DNA from: an uncultured Chloroflexia bacterium
GTDB lineage: Bacteria > Chloroflexota > Limnocylindria > Limnocylindrales > CSP1-4
DNA length: 64,000 nt
Reading direction: 5' to 3'
Assembly (NCBI GenBank): GCA_963813335.1
Contig: CAWEYL010000001.1
Coordinates: 1,184,001 to 1,248,000 of the forward strand
Shown here: positions 40,386 through 50,616 of the stretch, one piece after another
Numbering within the stretch: the first letter of the stretch is position 1
How the letters are laid out: every line of letters begins with the position of its first letter
Made by a program: the position numbers and the translations under genes
The notes under the pieces: generated by a model
Database searches by the model: none
Seen by the model: only the letters and a program-made list of their open reading frames with translations
Told to the model about the DNA's origin: nothing

Positions 40386-40763
40386 TCAGCCTCCGCGCTG
40401 GCTGCGGAAGCAGTCGCTGCAGTAGACGGGCTTGCCGCTCGTCGGGCGGAAGGGGACCTGAGCCTCCTTGCCGCAGGACGAGCAGGTGGCGCTGAACATC
40501 TCGCGGGGGCCGCGATCGCGGGATCCGTAACTGCCGCCGGAGCTGTAGCCGCCGGAACCACCCGCCGAATACCCGCCGCCGGAGCTGTAGCCCCCGTACG
40601 AACCCCCGCCCTCGGCGTTGCGGGCAGCCTTGCGGCTGGCGCGGCAGGACGGGCAGCGACGGGGCTCGGTGAAGCCACGCTGCGCGTAGAAGTCCTGCTC
40701 GGATGCGGTGAAGACGAACTCCTGTCCACAGTCTGCGCAGGTCAGGTTCTTGTCGTTGTACAC
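40386..40763 (-). CDS. Zinc-ribbon protein (N-terminal zinc ribbon, Gly/Ser/Tyr linker, CxxC-x17-CxxC domain)
   Basis: CADCGQEFVF…EQDFY…PRRCPSC and CSSCG…VPF.P…PVYCSDCF; GAGGAG SD before the GTG. Confidence 0.93.
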   Translation of the reverse strand: MYNDKNLTCADCGQEFVFTASEQDFYAQRGFTEPRRCPSCRASRKAARNAEGGGSYGGYSSGGGYSAGGSGGYSSGGSYGSRDRGPREMFSATCSSCGKEAQVPFRPTSGKPVYCSDCFRSQRGG

Positions 40764-40897
40764 GAAACGAAGACTCCTCTCGGTAGCCGGCGCGAGCCCG
40801 TCGGGTTTCTCGCGTCAGCCGTGAGAGGAGTCCGAGTTTGCGTCGAGCTACGTTCTGGCCGTGGACGCGCTCCACGGCGTTTACGAGCGGGATGATA
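40764..40897 (-). promoter_or_regulatory. Promoter and structured 5' leader with SD-sequestering hairpin
   Basis: -10 TATCAT at 40897-40892; GACTCCTCTC/GAGAGGAGTC 10-bp stem (40823-40832 with 40772-40781) covers the SD. Confidence 0.55.
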
Positions 40898-40969
40898 CGA
40901 ATCGGACGTGCCGTTGCATAGCCCCGACTTTCGGCCGGGCAGCGCGCGACTCGCCGGGGTCCGAGGAGG

Positions 40970-41728
40970 TCAGCCGGCGTCCGTGAACGGCGCGGTCGCG
41001 AACAGGTGGCTGAACTGCTTGCACCACACCACCGTGCTCGCGTACCGGGATGGGTCGACGCCGTCCGGGATGTCGTAGCCGAACGAGCCGTCGGTCGCCT
41101 TGAGCTTGCCGAGCTCCAGGGCGCCGTCCGCATAGCCGTCCGCCGACGGCGAGAGGTAGACGTACAGGTCCGGCCCGTTCCGCACGGAGAACTCGTCGAA
41201 CCGGAGCCGGTACTGGCCGGGCCGGGTCTCGATGATCCGAGCCGTGCCAGTCCCGAAGTGGAAGTCGTCGGAACCATGGAACGTGCCGATGGCCAGAGTG
41301 GCCGGCGCGAACGGCGTCGGGGCCGGCGTCGGGGCCGGCGTCGGGGCCGGCGTCGGGGCAGCGGTGGACGCATCGGTCGGTCGATCCGACGCGGTGCTCG
41401 ATGGATACGCGACCGCCGAAGACGACGGCGCGACGGACGGCGGCCGCGGCGCGAGCGATGGCGCAGCGGCGTCCTCCGCCTCGACCAGGGAGGTCCGAAG
41501 GAAGAGCGGCGAAGCGAGATACCACGTCAGCGGCAGGCCGACGGCCAGCATCAGGGCGAGGACCGCACCCGTCCGAGCCGGATGCCGCCGCCCAGCCGCG
41601 AACCAGCCGCGCCGGATCGCGACGCCGATGGTGATGGCACCGGCGACCGCGGCGACGACCACGGCAGCGAAGCGGTAGTCGTACAGCCCCCCGAAGAACG
41701 CCCGTCCCAGCGCGCCGATCGTGTCCAT
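40970..41728 (-). CDS. DM13 domain membrane protein
   Basis: Two TM helices, WYLASPLF, PTPA linker, GTFHG…HFGTG…NGPDLYVYLS…LGKLK…VVWCKQFSHLF. Confidence 0.9.
   Translation of the reverse strand: MDTIGALGRAFFGGLYDYRFAAVVVAAVAGAITIGVAIRRGWFAAGRRHPARTGAVLALMLAVGLPLTWYLASPLFLRTSLVEAEDAAAPSLAPRPPSVAPSSSAVAYPSSTASDRPTDASTAAPTPAPTPAPTPAPTPFAPATLAIGTFHGSDDFHFGTGTARIIETRPGQYRLRFDEFSVRNGPDLYVYLSPSADGYADGALELGKLKATDGSFGYDIPDGVDPSRYASTVVWCKQFSHLFATAPFTDAG
41313..41359 (-). repeat. 12-bp tandem repeat (about 4 copies) encoding (PTPA)n linker
   Basis: GGCGTCGGGGCC repeated on the + strand. Confidence 0.85.
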
Positions 41729-41780
41729 GGGTCAGGACCCTGACCGACGCGCGTGACGCGGCGATGACGCCAGGGTCGGG

Positions 41781-43454
41781 TCAGTCCGGGCGCGCAGGTC
41801 CCGGCGCGGCCGGGGCTGCCGGCGCCACCGAGAACTCGCGGCGGGCCGTCTCGAGGTACGCGTCGACCTCGCGGGCCTGGCGCGCCTCATCCCAGCCCAG
41901 CTCGGTGGCCAGGAGCTCGGCGACCCGTGGCGCGACCGCGGCCCCGCGGTCCGGCAGCTCCTGGGCCAGCCGGGTCCGGCGGGCGAGGACGTCGTCGATC
42001 GACAGGGCCAGCTCGTGGCGCGCGGCCCACGGCACCTCGGCCTCCAGGAACGGTCGCCCGGCGACCAGCGCCCGAACGAGGTCCAGCGACCTGCCGAAGC
42101 TGAGCACCGCCGGCGCCTCGGTGCCGTGCCGGGCGACGAGCCGGTCCGCGGCCCCAGGCCCGACGGCGGACAGGTCCGGATCGGCCCCGAGCCCCGCGGC
42201 GAGGCGGTCCAGCTCGGGTCGATCGGCGGCCCCCGCCAGGCGATGGTCGACGGTCCTGCTGGGGCGTGCCTTCGCAGCTTCGCGACCCAGGGCCGCGTCG
42301 ATCACGTCGCTCGCCATGACCCGGTAGGTCGTGTACTTGCCGCCGCCGATCCGCACCACGCCGTTCGCCTCGATGGAGACGCGGTGCTCGCGCGACGCCT
42401 TGACCGTCGAGCCGTCCGAGGGTGCGATCAGCGGGCGCAGCCCGGCGAAGGTGCCCACGACGTCCTCGCGCCGCAGGTCGACGTCCATCGTGGCGTTGAC
42501 CGTGTCCAGGAGATGGGTGACCTCCCACGGGTCCGCGGCCGGGTGCTCGTCCGGGCCCTCGTACGGCGCGTCGGTCGTGCCGATCAGCCAGTGCTCCGGC
42601 CAGGGCACCAGGAACACGATCCTGCCCGGGACCCGGATCGTCAGGCCGACCTGGTTGGGGATGCGCGCCCGCGGCACGACCAGGTGGGCGCCGCGGCTCG
42701 GCAGGATGCGCAGCGAGCCGCCGCCGAACGGGTGGTCGGCCCGCGCCTCCCAGACCCCGGTGGCGTCCACGACGGCCCGCGTCCGGATCTCGAGGTCCGC
42801 GCCGGTCAGGACGTCGCGCGCCCGGACCGCCTCGATCGAGCCGGCTGTCGACCCGGCGCGCAGGCCGGTCGCCCTGACTCTGGTGACCGCGTTGCCGCCC
42901 GCCGCCACCGCCGAGCGAGCCACGGCCAGCGTATAGCGCGCGTCGTCCTCGACCCCGTCGTGGTAGAGCAGGCCGCCGTGCAGCCCCTCCGTGCGGAGCG
43001 TCGGCGCGAGCTCGAGGGTGTCGCTCCGGGAGAGCCGTCGGTGCCAGCCGCCGTCGTGCCGGGCGCCGAGGATGTCGTACAGCGTCAGGCCGGCGTCGTA
43101 GAACGCCTTCGACGCGAACGGGATCCCGTAGATGGGGAAGAGCAGCGGCTCGACGGTCACGAGGTGCGGGGCGAGGTAGAGCAGCCGTGAGCGCTCCGCC
43201 AGTGCCTCGCGGACCAGCCCGAAGCGGAACTGCTCGAGGTAGCGCAGACCGCCGTGGATCAGCCGCGACGAGCGCGACGAGGTCCCCGACGCGATGTCGT
43301 CCTGCTCGATGAGCGCGGCGCGCATCCCGCGCGAGACGGCGTCGAGGAGCGCGCCGCAGCCCACGATGCCGCCGCCGACGATGACCACGTCCCACGTACC
43401 GTCGGCCAGGGCCTCGAGGCTGGAGCGGCGACCGGCGACCGGGTCGGCCGCCAT
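41781..43454 (-). CDS. glpD: FAD-dependent glycerol-3-phosphate dehydrogenase/oxidase
   Basis: GGGIVG, SGTSSRSSRLIHGGLRYL, GTTD, FAGLRPL, GGKYTTYR, DVLARRTR. Confidence 0.95.
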   Translation of the reverse strand: MAADPVAGRRSSLEALADGTWDVVIVGGGIVGCGALLDAVSRGMRAALIEQDDIASGTSSRSSRLIHGGLRYLEQFRFGLVREALAERSRLLYLAPHLVTVEPLLFPIYGIPFASKAFYDAGLTLYDILGARHDGGWHRRLSRSDTLELAPTLRTEGLHGGLLYHDGVEDDARYTLAVARSAVAAGGNAVTRVRATGLRAGSTAGSIEAVRARDVLTGADLEIRTRAVVDATGVWEARADHPFGGGSLRILPSRGAHLVVPRARIPNQVGLTIRVPGRIVFLVPWPEHWLIGTTDAPYEGPDEHPAADPWEVTHLLDTVNATMDVDLRREDVVGTFAGLRPLIAPSDGSTVKASREHRVSIEANGVVRIGGGKYTTYRVMASDVIDAALGREAAKARPSRTVDHRLAGAADRPELDRLAAGLGADPDLSAVGPGAADRLVARHGTEAPAVLSFGRSLDLVRALVAGRPFLEAEVPWAARHELALSIDDVLARRTRLAQELPDRGAAVAPRVAELLATELGWDEARQAREVDAYLETARREFSVAPAAPAAPGPARPD

Positions 43455-43696
43455 CACGTCCGCGGCTCGTCCCCCCGTTCATCGGTCGGGCGTCGGGAGA
43501 TGCGCCAAAGGAGCCAGCCCGTGCCGACGATGAGAACGAGGATCGCGAGCGGTGTATGGAAGACGACCTCTTGCAACGTGGTCGGGAGGAAGCTGGTCAG
43601 CACGGCCGCGCCGAGCACGATGGCGACCACCACCAGGGCGACGATCGCGACCTCGCGCCAGCCCGGCTGGCGGCCCGCGGGCCGGCTCTCAGCCAC
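43454..43696 (-). CDS. Small two-TM membrane protein
   Basis: Two hydrophobic helices; overlaps both neighbours (translational coupling). Confidence 0.75.
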   Translation of the reverse strand: MAESRPAGRQPGWREVAIVALVVVAIVLGAAVLTSFLPTTLQEVVFHTPLAILVLIVGTGWLLWRISRRPTDERGDEPRT

Positions 43697-44486
43697 GGTC
43701 GGCCTCCGGCGGGATCCCGATCGGGGCGACGAGGACCTTCCCGGCATGGGCGACGCCGCGACGGGTGGCGAGGCCGGTCTTTGGGCGGTGGAACGTGACG
43801 GTCAGGTCCGCGCGGACCGCCGGCTCCGACGGCTCGCCGCTTGAGAGGTCCACCGCGGTCGGGGTGTCCACCGCCACCACCGGGATGCCGAGCCCGCGCG
43901 CCCGGATGATGAGCTCCACCGCGGAGCGGATCGGGTCGCGGAGGGGCCCGCTGACACCGGTCCCGAGCAGCGCGTCGACGATGACCGCCGCCCGGTCGAT
44001 CCCGGTGCCGAAGATGGCGACGTCGCGCGCGACCGGCAGATGGACCTTGCGGATCCCCGTGTCGCGGGCGATGCGATCCCAGTTGCGGGCACTGACCGCC
44101 CCGGCCGGGCGCGCCTCGGGGGCGACCAGCCCGACGATCACCGAGGCGCCCGCGAGCGCCAGCCGGCGCGCGGCGACCAGGCCATCGCCGCCGTTGTTGC
44201 CGGGACCGCACAGGATCACGATCGGCCCGGTCCCCCAGCGATCGAGGTCGACCGCGAGCGCCCGGACCGCGGCCGCGACGGCCGTTCCGGCGTGCTCCAT
44301 CAGGCGCTCCTGCGGGACCCCCGCGGCCTGGGCTCGCAGATCCGTGCCGGTCATCGCCTCGCCCGTGATCGGGGGCAGGGCGGCCTGCGCCGCCCAGCGG
44401 GCGCGGAGTCCGCGCAGGTCCAGCTCGAAGATCGACGGGTCGTTCGCGGGGAGGGCGGGACCGACGGGATCGACGGTGGTGGGCAT
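43689..44486 (-). CDS. nnrE: NAD(P)H-hydrate epimerase (stand-alone YjeF N-terminal domain)
   Basis: LMEHAG, CGPGNNGGDG, VDALLGTG, VAVDTP, TVTF motifs. Confidence 0.92.
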   Translation of the reverse strand: MPTTVDPVGPALPANDPSIFELDLRGLRARWAAQAALPPITGEAMTGTDLRAQAAGVPQERLMEHAGTAVAAAVRALAVDLDRWGTGPIVILCGPGNNGGDGLVAARRLALAGASVIVGLVAPEARPAGAVSARNWDRIARDTGIRKVHLPVARDVAIFGTGIDRAAVIVDALLGTGVSGPLRDPIRSAVELIIRARGLGIPVVAVDTPTAVDLSSGEPSEPAVRADLTVTFHRPKTGLATRRGVAHAGKVLVAPIGIPPEADRG

Positions 44487-44514
44487 CGCGCCGGCAAGCG
44501 TAGCCGAACGGTCC

Positions 44515-45426
44515 TCAGTCCATCCGCAGGCGGGCCGACCGGTCCGGGGCCAGATCGATCAGGCCGTCCCGGGCGAGCCCGTCGAGCGCGTCGTCGACGG
44601 CGGCGCGGTCGTGGACGCCGAGCGGGGCCGGTACCACGACGTAGGCGCCATCGTCCGCCGCGCGGAGGCGATCCAGCACGCGGCCGCGCAGCCAGCGCGT
44701 CGTGGACGGGAACGGGACGGCGGTCGCGCGGCCGGGTCCCGCGCTCGATGCGGTGCGCGGTCGCCGGCGGTTGGTCGCGGCGCCAGATGCCGCGGATCGG
44801 CACCATGGCCGCGCCGGGCACGACCCGCAATCGGTCCGACGCGCCCGGCAGCGCGTCGCCCCGATGTCCATCAAGGCGTGCGTCCAGGCCGCCGGCGCAT
44901 CCACCGGGACCGAGGCGTCGGCGAGCGCCTGGACCTGGCGGGCCGTCAGCGTCGCGTCCGCCCCAGCCGTCACCCGGGTCAGCACCCGGCGGACGTTCGT
45001 ATCGACCGCGCCGACCGGGAGGCCGAACGCGATCGCCGCGACCGCGCGCGCCGTATACGGGCCGACGCCGGGGAGCGCCTCGAGGGCCGCGACATCCGCC
45101 GGGACCCGCCCGCCATGGTCGCGCACGATGACCCGCGCGGCGCGCCACAGGTTCATGCCGCGCCGGTCGTAGCCGAGACCCTGCCACTCGCGCAGGACGT
45201 CGGCGAGCGAGGCCGCGGCGAGGGCCTCGACGGTCGGGAACCGCGCCATGAAGCGCTCCCAGCGCTCCGCGGCCCGGGCCGCCTGCGTCTGCTGGGCGAT
45301 CGCCTCGGAGACGAGCACGGCGTACGGATCCGCGGTCCGGCGGAACGCGAGCGGCCGGCCGACGGCCGCGTACCAGTCGAGGATCGCGCGCTGCGCCTCG
45401 CGCGGGACCGGGCGCGGTTCGTCCAT
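44515..45426 (-). CDS. mutY: A/G-specific adenine glycosylase
   Basis: PYAVLVSE..AQQT, WQGLGY, LPGVGPYTA, VDTNVRR, CRARRTDCGSCP…C Fe-S motif. Confidence 0.92.
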   Translation of the reverse strand: MDEPRPVPREAQRAILDWYAAVGRPLAFRRTADPYAVLVSEAIAQQTQAARAAERWERFMARFPTVEALAAASLADVLREWQGLGYDRRGMNLWRAARVIVRDHGGRVPADVAALEALPGVGPYTARAVAAIAFGLPVGAVDTNVRRVLTRVTAGADATLTARQVQALADASVPVDAPAAWTHALMDIGATRCRARRTDCGSCPARPWCRSAASGAATNRRRPRTASSAGPGRATAVPFPSTTRWLRGRVLDRLRAADDGAYVVVPAPLGVHDRAAVDDALDGLARDGLIDLAPDRSARLRMD

Positions 45427-45522
45427 CGGTGCAGGATAGCCACGACGCGCGGCGGTGATCCCGAGGTGACCCGCGCGGCGTACAGTCGGGGCTTCGCAGA
45501 CCATCGCCGCGGGAGCCGAACG

Positions 45523-46239
45523 ATGACCATCGCCACGTCCACCTTCAGCGGGTTCTCACCCGACGCGATCGACTTCCTGGCCGAGCTCGCCGAGAACAAC
45601 GACCGCGCGTGGTTCCAGCCGCGCAAGGCCGACTACGAGCGGCTCCTCAAGGAGCCGATGGAGCAGCTCTGCAGCGCGCTCGGGGAGCTGTTCCCGTCGA
45701 GCGGCATCCCGCTGCACGCCGACCCGGCGAAGTCGCCGTTCCGGATCTACCGGGATGTCCGCTTCTCGAAGGACAAGCGGCCGTACAAGACGGCCGTGGC
45801 AGCGAGCTTCGGCTGGGCCGGCGACGGCATCGCGTCGCACGGGCGCTCGCACGCGGACAACGTCCACGCCAGCGGCGGCTACTTCCACCTGCAGCCCGGC
45901 GAGATCTACGTCGGCGGCGGGGTCTGGCACCCGGAGCCGAGCTGGCTCAAGGGCTTCCGGGACCGGATCGTGGACGATCACGAGGGCTTCCGGGCGATCG
46001 TCGAGGCTCCGGCATTCCGCGAGATGTTCGGAAGCGTCAGCGACGACGGCGAGTCGCTCAAGCGGGTGCCGACCGGCTATCCGCCAGATCACCCCGCGGC
46101 CGACCTGCTCCGCAAGAAGAACGTCACGTTCGGGCGCCGGCTATCGGACGCGGAGGCGACCAGCCCCGACCTGCCCTCGATCATCGTGGCGACGTTCGCC
46201 GTCGGCACCCCGCTCCTGCGCTACCTGGCCAGCATCTGA
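45523..46239 (+). CDS. DUF2461 family protein
   Basis: FLAELAENNDRAWF, FRIYRDVRFSKDKRPYK, LKRVP motifs. Confidence 0.92.
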   Translation: MTIATSTFSGFSPDAIDFLAELAENNDRAWFQPRKADYERLLKEPMEQLCSALGELFPSSGIPLHADPAKSPFRIYRDVRFSKDKRPYKTAVAASFGWAGDGIASHGRSHADNVHASGGYFHLQPGEIYVGGGVWHPEPSWLKGFRDRIVDDHEGFRAIVEAPAFREMFGSVSDDGESLKRVPTGYPPDHPAADLLRKKNVTFGRRLSDAEATSPDLPSIIVATFAVGTPLLRYLASI

Positions 46240-46240
46240 C

Positions 46241-46693
46241 GTGCGACGGGGACTGGCACCTTCGGACCTGGGCGACCTCTTCGACCAGCCGCTGGCCGCC
46301 GTGATCTCGCTGAACCTGCCGGATGGCCGGGTCTTCAGCCGGCCCGTCTGGCATCGCTTCATCGATGGTCGGTTCGTCGTGCAGTTCCCCGATGGCGACC
46401 GGAAGATCGCGATGCTCGAACAGGATCCACGAGCGACCGTGCTCCTCGCCGAGAACGCCCTCCCGTATCGTGCGATCGAAGTCCGAGGCCGTGTCCAGCT
46501 GACTCGCGACCGCTATCAGGAGGCCGGTCTGGCGATCATCGAGCGCTACGTCGCTGCGTTCGATCCGACGGCGGAGCCGATCACCTACCTGAGCGCCGAG
46601 CCCGGGGTGATCGCGACGCTCGAGCCCGAGATCTCCAACTGCTGGGACTACGCCGACGACGCGATGATGCCGCCGACCGAGCCGCGGGCGTGA
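46241..46693 (+). CDS. Pyridoxamine 5'-phosphate oxidase-like split-barrel protein (possibly F420-binding)
   Basis: PDGRVFSRPVW…RKIAML..DPRATV…YRAIEVRG; GTG start. Confidence 0.8.
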   Translation: MRRGLAPSDLGDLFDQPLAAVISLNLPDGRVFSRPVWHRFIDGRFVVQFPDGDRKIAMLEQDPRATVLLAENALPYRAIEVRGRVQLTRDRYQEAGLAIIERYVAAFDPTAEPITYLSAEPGVIATLEPEISNCWDYADDAMMPPTEPRA

Positions 46694-47643
46694 CCGCACC
46701 GATGCGGTTCGGGGCTGCGTTCTGGATCAACCGCACGGACTGGCCGTCGCTGCGCGACGCGTGCCTGGCCGTGGAGCGGGCCGGCTGGGACAGCCTCTGG
46801 GTGGACGACCACCTGCTCGCCGACGAGGGCGACCCGACCGACGCGAAGCTCGAGGGCTGGGCGACCCTGTCGGCCCTCGCGGTCCTCACCGAGCGGGTTC
46901 GGCTGGGCCTCCTCGTCGGGGCCAACACGTTCCGGAACCCGGGCCTGACCGCCAAGCTGGCCACCACCGTCGACCACCTCTCCGACGGGCGCCTGGTCCT
47001 CGGCCTCGGCGGCGGCTGGTTCGAGCGCGAGCACGACGCCTTCGGGATCGATTTCGGCAGCGGGTTCGGCGAGCGCCTCGACCGCCTGGACGAGGCCGTC
47101 GGGCTCGTCCGCCGGCTGCTCGACGGGGAGCGCGTGACCCACGAAGGCCGCTTCTACCGCATGCACGACGCGCTGTGCGAGCCGCGGCCGGTCCAGGCGC
47201 GGCTGCCGATCCTCATCGGCGGGTCCGGGCCGACCAAGACCCTCCGGACGACGGCTCGCGACGCCGACCTGTGGAACGCCTACGGGACGCCGGAGCGGAT
47301 CGCGGCCACGAGCGAGATCCTGCGTGAGCGCTGCGCGGAGATCGGCCGGCCGTTCGAGGCGATCGAGCGGACCGTGACGATCCACGCCGTCGTCCGCGAC
47401 GAGAGTGACGCCGCGGCGAGGGCGTGGGGCGAGATCGCGCGGATCCACGACCTCGAGAACCGCATGGGGTCGGACGGCAGCGAGCGCGGGCTGGATGCCG
47501 GCGGCTCGCCCGGGGAGGTGGCCGCCTACGTCGAGGGCTACCGGCGGATCGGCGTCGCCGAGGTCATCGTCGTGTTCCGCGCGCCGTTCGACCTGGAGAC
47601 CATCGAGCGCCTCGACGAGGTGCGAGCCGCCCTCGGCGGCTGA
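46690..47643 (+). CDS. LLM-class flavin/F420-dependent oxidoreductase
   Basis: GWDSLWVDDH, FRNPGLTAK, GRLVLGLGGGW..REH, PILIGGSG. Confidence 0.92.
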   Translation: MTAPMRFGAAFWINRTDWPSLRDACLAVERAGWDSLWVDDHLLADEGDPTDAKLEGWATLSALAVLTERVRLGLLVGANTFRNPGLTAKLATTVDHLSDGRLVLGLGGGWFEREHDAFGIDFGSGFGERLDRLDEAVGLVRRLLDGERVTHEGRFYRMHDALCEPRPVQARLPILIGGSGPTKTLRTTARDADLWNAYGTPERIAATSEILRERCAEIGRPFEAIERTVTIHAVVRDESDAAARAWGEIARIHDLENRMGSDGSERGLDAGGSPGEVAAYVEGYRRIGVAEVIVVFRAPFDLETIERLDEVRAALGG

Positions 47644-47646
47644 CCG

Positions 47647-49080
47647 TCAGCCGTTCTCCGGCCGCATCAGCCAGCGGATCCCCTCGGTCGGCGCCCACAG
47701 CCACGACGGCATGTACATCGACGCGTACGCGAACTCCGCGACCTCCTTGTCGACCTCGAAGGCGCGCAGCAGTGCCGTATCGATGGTCGACGGCTCGCCG
47801 GCCTCGCGCAGGCCGTCGCGGTAGGCGGCCAGGAATCGCTCCCGGGCGCGCGGGACCCAGCCGGCCAGGTCCAGGCCCGGCTGCTCGAGCGGGCCGCCGT
47901 TGCCTGCCTCCGCACGGCGGCCGGCGCTGCCGGCGACATGATCGAACGAGCGGAACATCGTCGCCACGTCGCGCAGCGGCGATCGATGCGCGCGCCGGGC
48001 CTCGGTCGGATCGAGCGGGTCGCCCTCGAAGTCGATGACGCGATAGCCGTCGGGCGCGACGAGGATCTGGCTCAGGTGCAGGTCGCCGTGCGCCCGGATG
48101 ACCCGCGGCACGGTCGAGAGCCCGTCGAAGACGGTGAACGCCTCCGCGATCCGCGGCGCGAGGTCGCGCAGGAGCTTCCTGGTCTCACCGCTCGTTGATG
48201 CGATCGCCTCGTCGAGGTGCCGGCGGGCGGCGGCCGACCAGCCGCGGATCTCGCCCCGGGTCGCGTCGCGCGGCGCCAGCTCGCGGATGTCCGGTCGCGA
48301 GGCGAGCGCCGCGTGGAGACCGGCCGTCAGCGTGCCGAGGTCGGCGGCCACCTCGGTCGCGAACTCGAGGCTGACCGCGCCCGGGGCGAGCAGCCAGGCG
48401 ACCAGCGCGTCGGCCAGCGACTCGTAGAGGTCGGCGCCATCGGCGACGAACGCCTGGGCGATGGCGATCGTCGTCAGCCCATCGCTCGCGGAGACCATCT
48501 CGACATAGCCGGCCAGCGGCGGCACGGCGGCGAACCCGACCTCCTCGGACAGGAACGCGACCAGCTCGAGCTCCGGGCTGAGCCCGGCCTCGAGGCGGCG
48601 GTACGCCTTGAGCAGCACGGCCTCGTCGAGGACCACCGAGGTGTTGGACTGGTCCGTGCCGACCGCGCGCTCGACGGCGCCCACGATCCCGGGCGTCATC
48701 GCCGGGCCGGGGCGGCAGACCAGCGCCGCCGTCGGGGCGGCCCGCGCTCGATCGTCAGCCGTGATCGCCCCGATGGCTCGTCCGGCACCCATCGCGGCGG
48801 CCAGCGCCCGCCATGTGCCGTCGCCAGGCAGGGCGGCCCGCAGCGGGCGCCCCGTCAGCGGGATCGTGTAGCGCTGCGTCGACCCGTCGTCGAGGCCGAC
48901 GCGAACGATCGCGAGGACATGCGGCCCGCCGGGATCGAGCTCGAAGGCGTCCTCGAGCTGGATCGACGCGATCGTCCGGCCCTTGGCCGCGAACCAGCGC
49001 TCGCCGGCGAGCGCGTCCCGGTCGAGGCGCCCGAGGGCGGCCTCGACCTCCGAGTGCGAGATGCCGGCGTCAGACGCCAG
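47647..49080 (-). CDS. Maltokinase (Mak/Pep2)-like phosphotransferase; probable non-canonical CTG start
   Basis: N-cap ERWFAAKG is in frame upstream of the track's ATG (48792); [26 protein letters not shown] motifs. Confidence 0.82.
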   Translation of the reverse strand: MASDAGISHSEVEAALGRLDRDALAGERWFAAKGRTIASIQLEDAFELDPGGPHVLAIVRVGLDDGSTQRYTIPLTGRPLRAALPGDGTWRALAAAMGAGRAIGAITADDRARAAPTAALVCRPGPAMTPGIVGAVERAVGTDQSNTSVVLDEAVLLKAYRRLEAGLSPELELVAFLSEEVGFAAVPPLAGYVEMVSASDGLTTIAIAQAFVADGADLYESLADALVAWLLAPGAVSLEFATEVAADLGTLTAGLHAALASRPDIRELAPRDATRGEIRGWSAAARRHLDEAIASTSGETRKLLRDLAPRIAEAFTVFDGLSTVPRVIRAHGDLHLSQILVAPDGYRVIDFEGDPLDPTEARRAHRSPLRDVATMFRSFDHVAGSAGRRAEAGNGGPLEQPGLDLAGWVPRARERFLAAYRDGLREAGEPSTIDTALLRAFEVDKEVAEFAYASMYMPSWLWAPTEGIRWLMRPENG

Positions 49081-50521
49081 TGTTGATCATCACGTGCTTG
49101 ACGAACGTGTAGTCCTCGAGCGCGTACTTCGAGCCGTCCTTGCCCCAGCCGGACTGCTTGACGCCGCCGTGCGGCGTCTCCGACGTGAGCGTGAAGTGCT
49201 CGTTGATCCACACATGGCCGAACTCGAGCGCCTTGGCCACGCGCATCGCCCGCCCGATATCGCTGGTGAAGACCGAGGACGCGAGCCCGTAGGGCGTGTC
49301 GTTCGCCCAGGCGACGGCCTGCTCCTCGTCGGCGAAGCGCTGGACGGTGACCACCGGGCCGAAGATCTCGTCCTGGATGATCTCCGACTTCTGGTCCGGC
49401 CCGGCGATGACCGTGGGGGCGTAGTAGGCGCCGGCGCGGTCCGGGCGCACGCCGCCCACGACGACCTCGGCGCTCGCGCGGGCCCGGTCGACCATGCCCT
49501 GGACCTTCTCCGCCTGGGCCTGCGCGATCATCGAGCCCATCTCGATGTCGTCCCCTTCGGCCGGGTCGCCCCACTTGATGGTCTTGACCTGGTCGGCCAG
49601 CGCGGAGACGAACTGGTCGTAGACGGCCGGGCCCGCGATGACGCGGGTGGCCGCAGTGCAGTCCTGGCCGGCGTTCCAGTAGCCGGCGAAGCGCAGCGTC
49701 TCGGCCGCGAGGTTCACGTCGGCGTCGTCGAAGACGATGATCGGCGCCTTGCCGCCGAGCTCGAGGTGGAGGCGCTTGACGCTGTCGGACGCGATGCGCG
49801 CGATGCGCTTGCCGGTCACGGTGTCGCCGGTGATCGAGACCATCCGCACCTTCGGGTGCCCGACGAGCGCGTCGCCGATGTCCGCGCCCGAGCCCGACAG
49901 GACGTTCACGACGCCCGGGGGAAGGATGTCGGCGAGGATCTCGGCGAACGCCAGCGCCGTCAGCGGCGTGCGCGCCGACGGCTTGAGGACCACCGTGTTG
50001 CCGGTGGCCAGCGCCGGCCCGAGCTTCCACGACGCCATGTAGAGCGGGTAGTTCCAGGGCGCGATCGAGGCGACGACGCCGATCGGGTCGCGCCGGATGA
50101 TCGAGGTGTGCCCGGCCGCGAACTCATTGGCCGCGAGGCCGTCCATCACCCGGGCCGCGCCGGCGAAGAAGCGGAAGAGGTCGGCGCAGACGGCCATCTC
50201 GTCGATGGCGGCTCCGACCGGCTTGCCGGCGTTCGCGCTCTCGAGCCGGCCCAGCTCGTCGCCCCGCCCCTCCAGCGCGTCCGCGATCTTGAGGAGCAGG
50301 AGCGAGCGGTCCTGCGGCGTCGTCTTCTTCCAGGTCTGGAAGGCGGTATCCGCCGCGCTCACCGCGCGGTCGACGTCCTCGTTCGAGCTGGCGGGGACGC
50401 TGGCGATGGGCTGGTCGTTGGCCGGGTTGATGACCTCGGCGGTGCGCCCGTCCGCGGCATCGACGAACTTGCCGCCGATGAGCTGCTGGTAGGTCTTGAC
50501 GCGCTCGGCGACGTCGGTCAT
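49070..50521 (-). CDS. Aldehyde dehydrogenase, gamma-aminobutyraldehyde dehydrogenase-like
   Basis: [38 protein letters not shown]; GGAGG SD. Confidence 0.92.
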   Translation of the reverse strand: MTDVAERVKTYQQLIGGKFVDAADGRTAEVINPANDQPIASVPASSNEDVDRAVSAADTAFQTWKKTTPQDRSLLLLKIADALEGRGDELGRLESANAGKPVGAAIDEMAVCADLFRFFAGAARVMDGLAANEFAAGHTSIIRRDPIGVVASIAPWNYPLYMASWKLGPALATGNTVVLKPSARTPLTALAFAEILADILPPGVVNVLSGSGADIGDALVGHPKVRMVSITGDTVTGKRIARIASDSVKRLHLELGGKAPIIVFDDADVNLAAETLRFAGYWNAGQDCTAATRVIAGPAVYDQFVSALADQVKTIKWGDPAEGDDIEMGSMIAQAQAEKVQGMVDRARASAEVVVGGVRPDRAGAYYAPTVIAGPDQKSEIIQDEIFGPVVTVQRFADEEQAVAWANDTPYGLASSVFTSDIGRAMRVAKALEFGHVWINEHFTLTSETPHGGVKQSGWGKDGSKYALEDYTFVKHVMINTGV

Positions 50522-50616
50522 CGGGGTGTCCTCCTGGCTGGTGACGGGGTCATGTCAGTCCGCGGGATGGTGGCGCCATCGTAGTCCCCGGCAGATACGC
50601 CGTCCCGTCACGTGGC

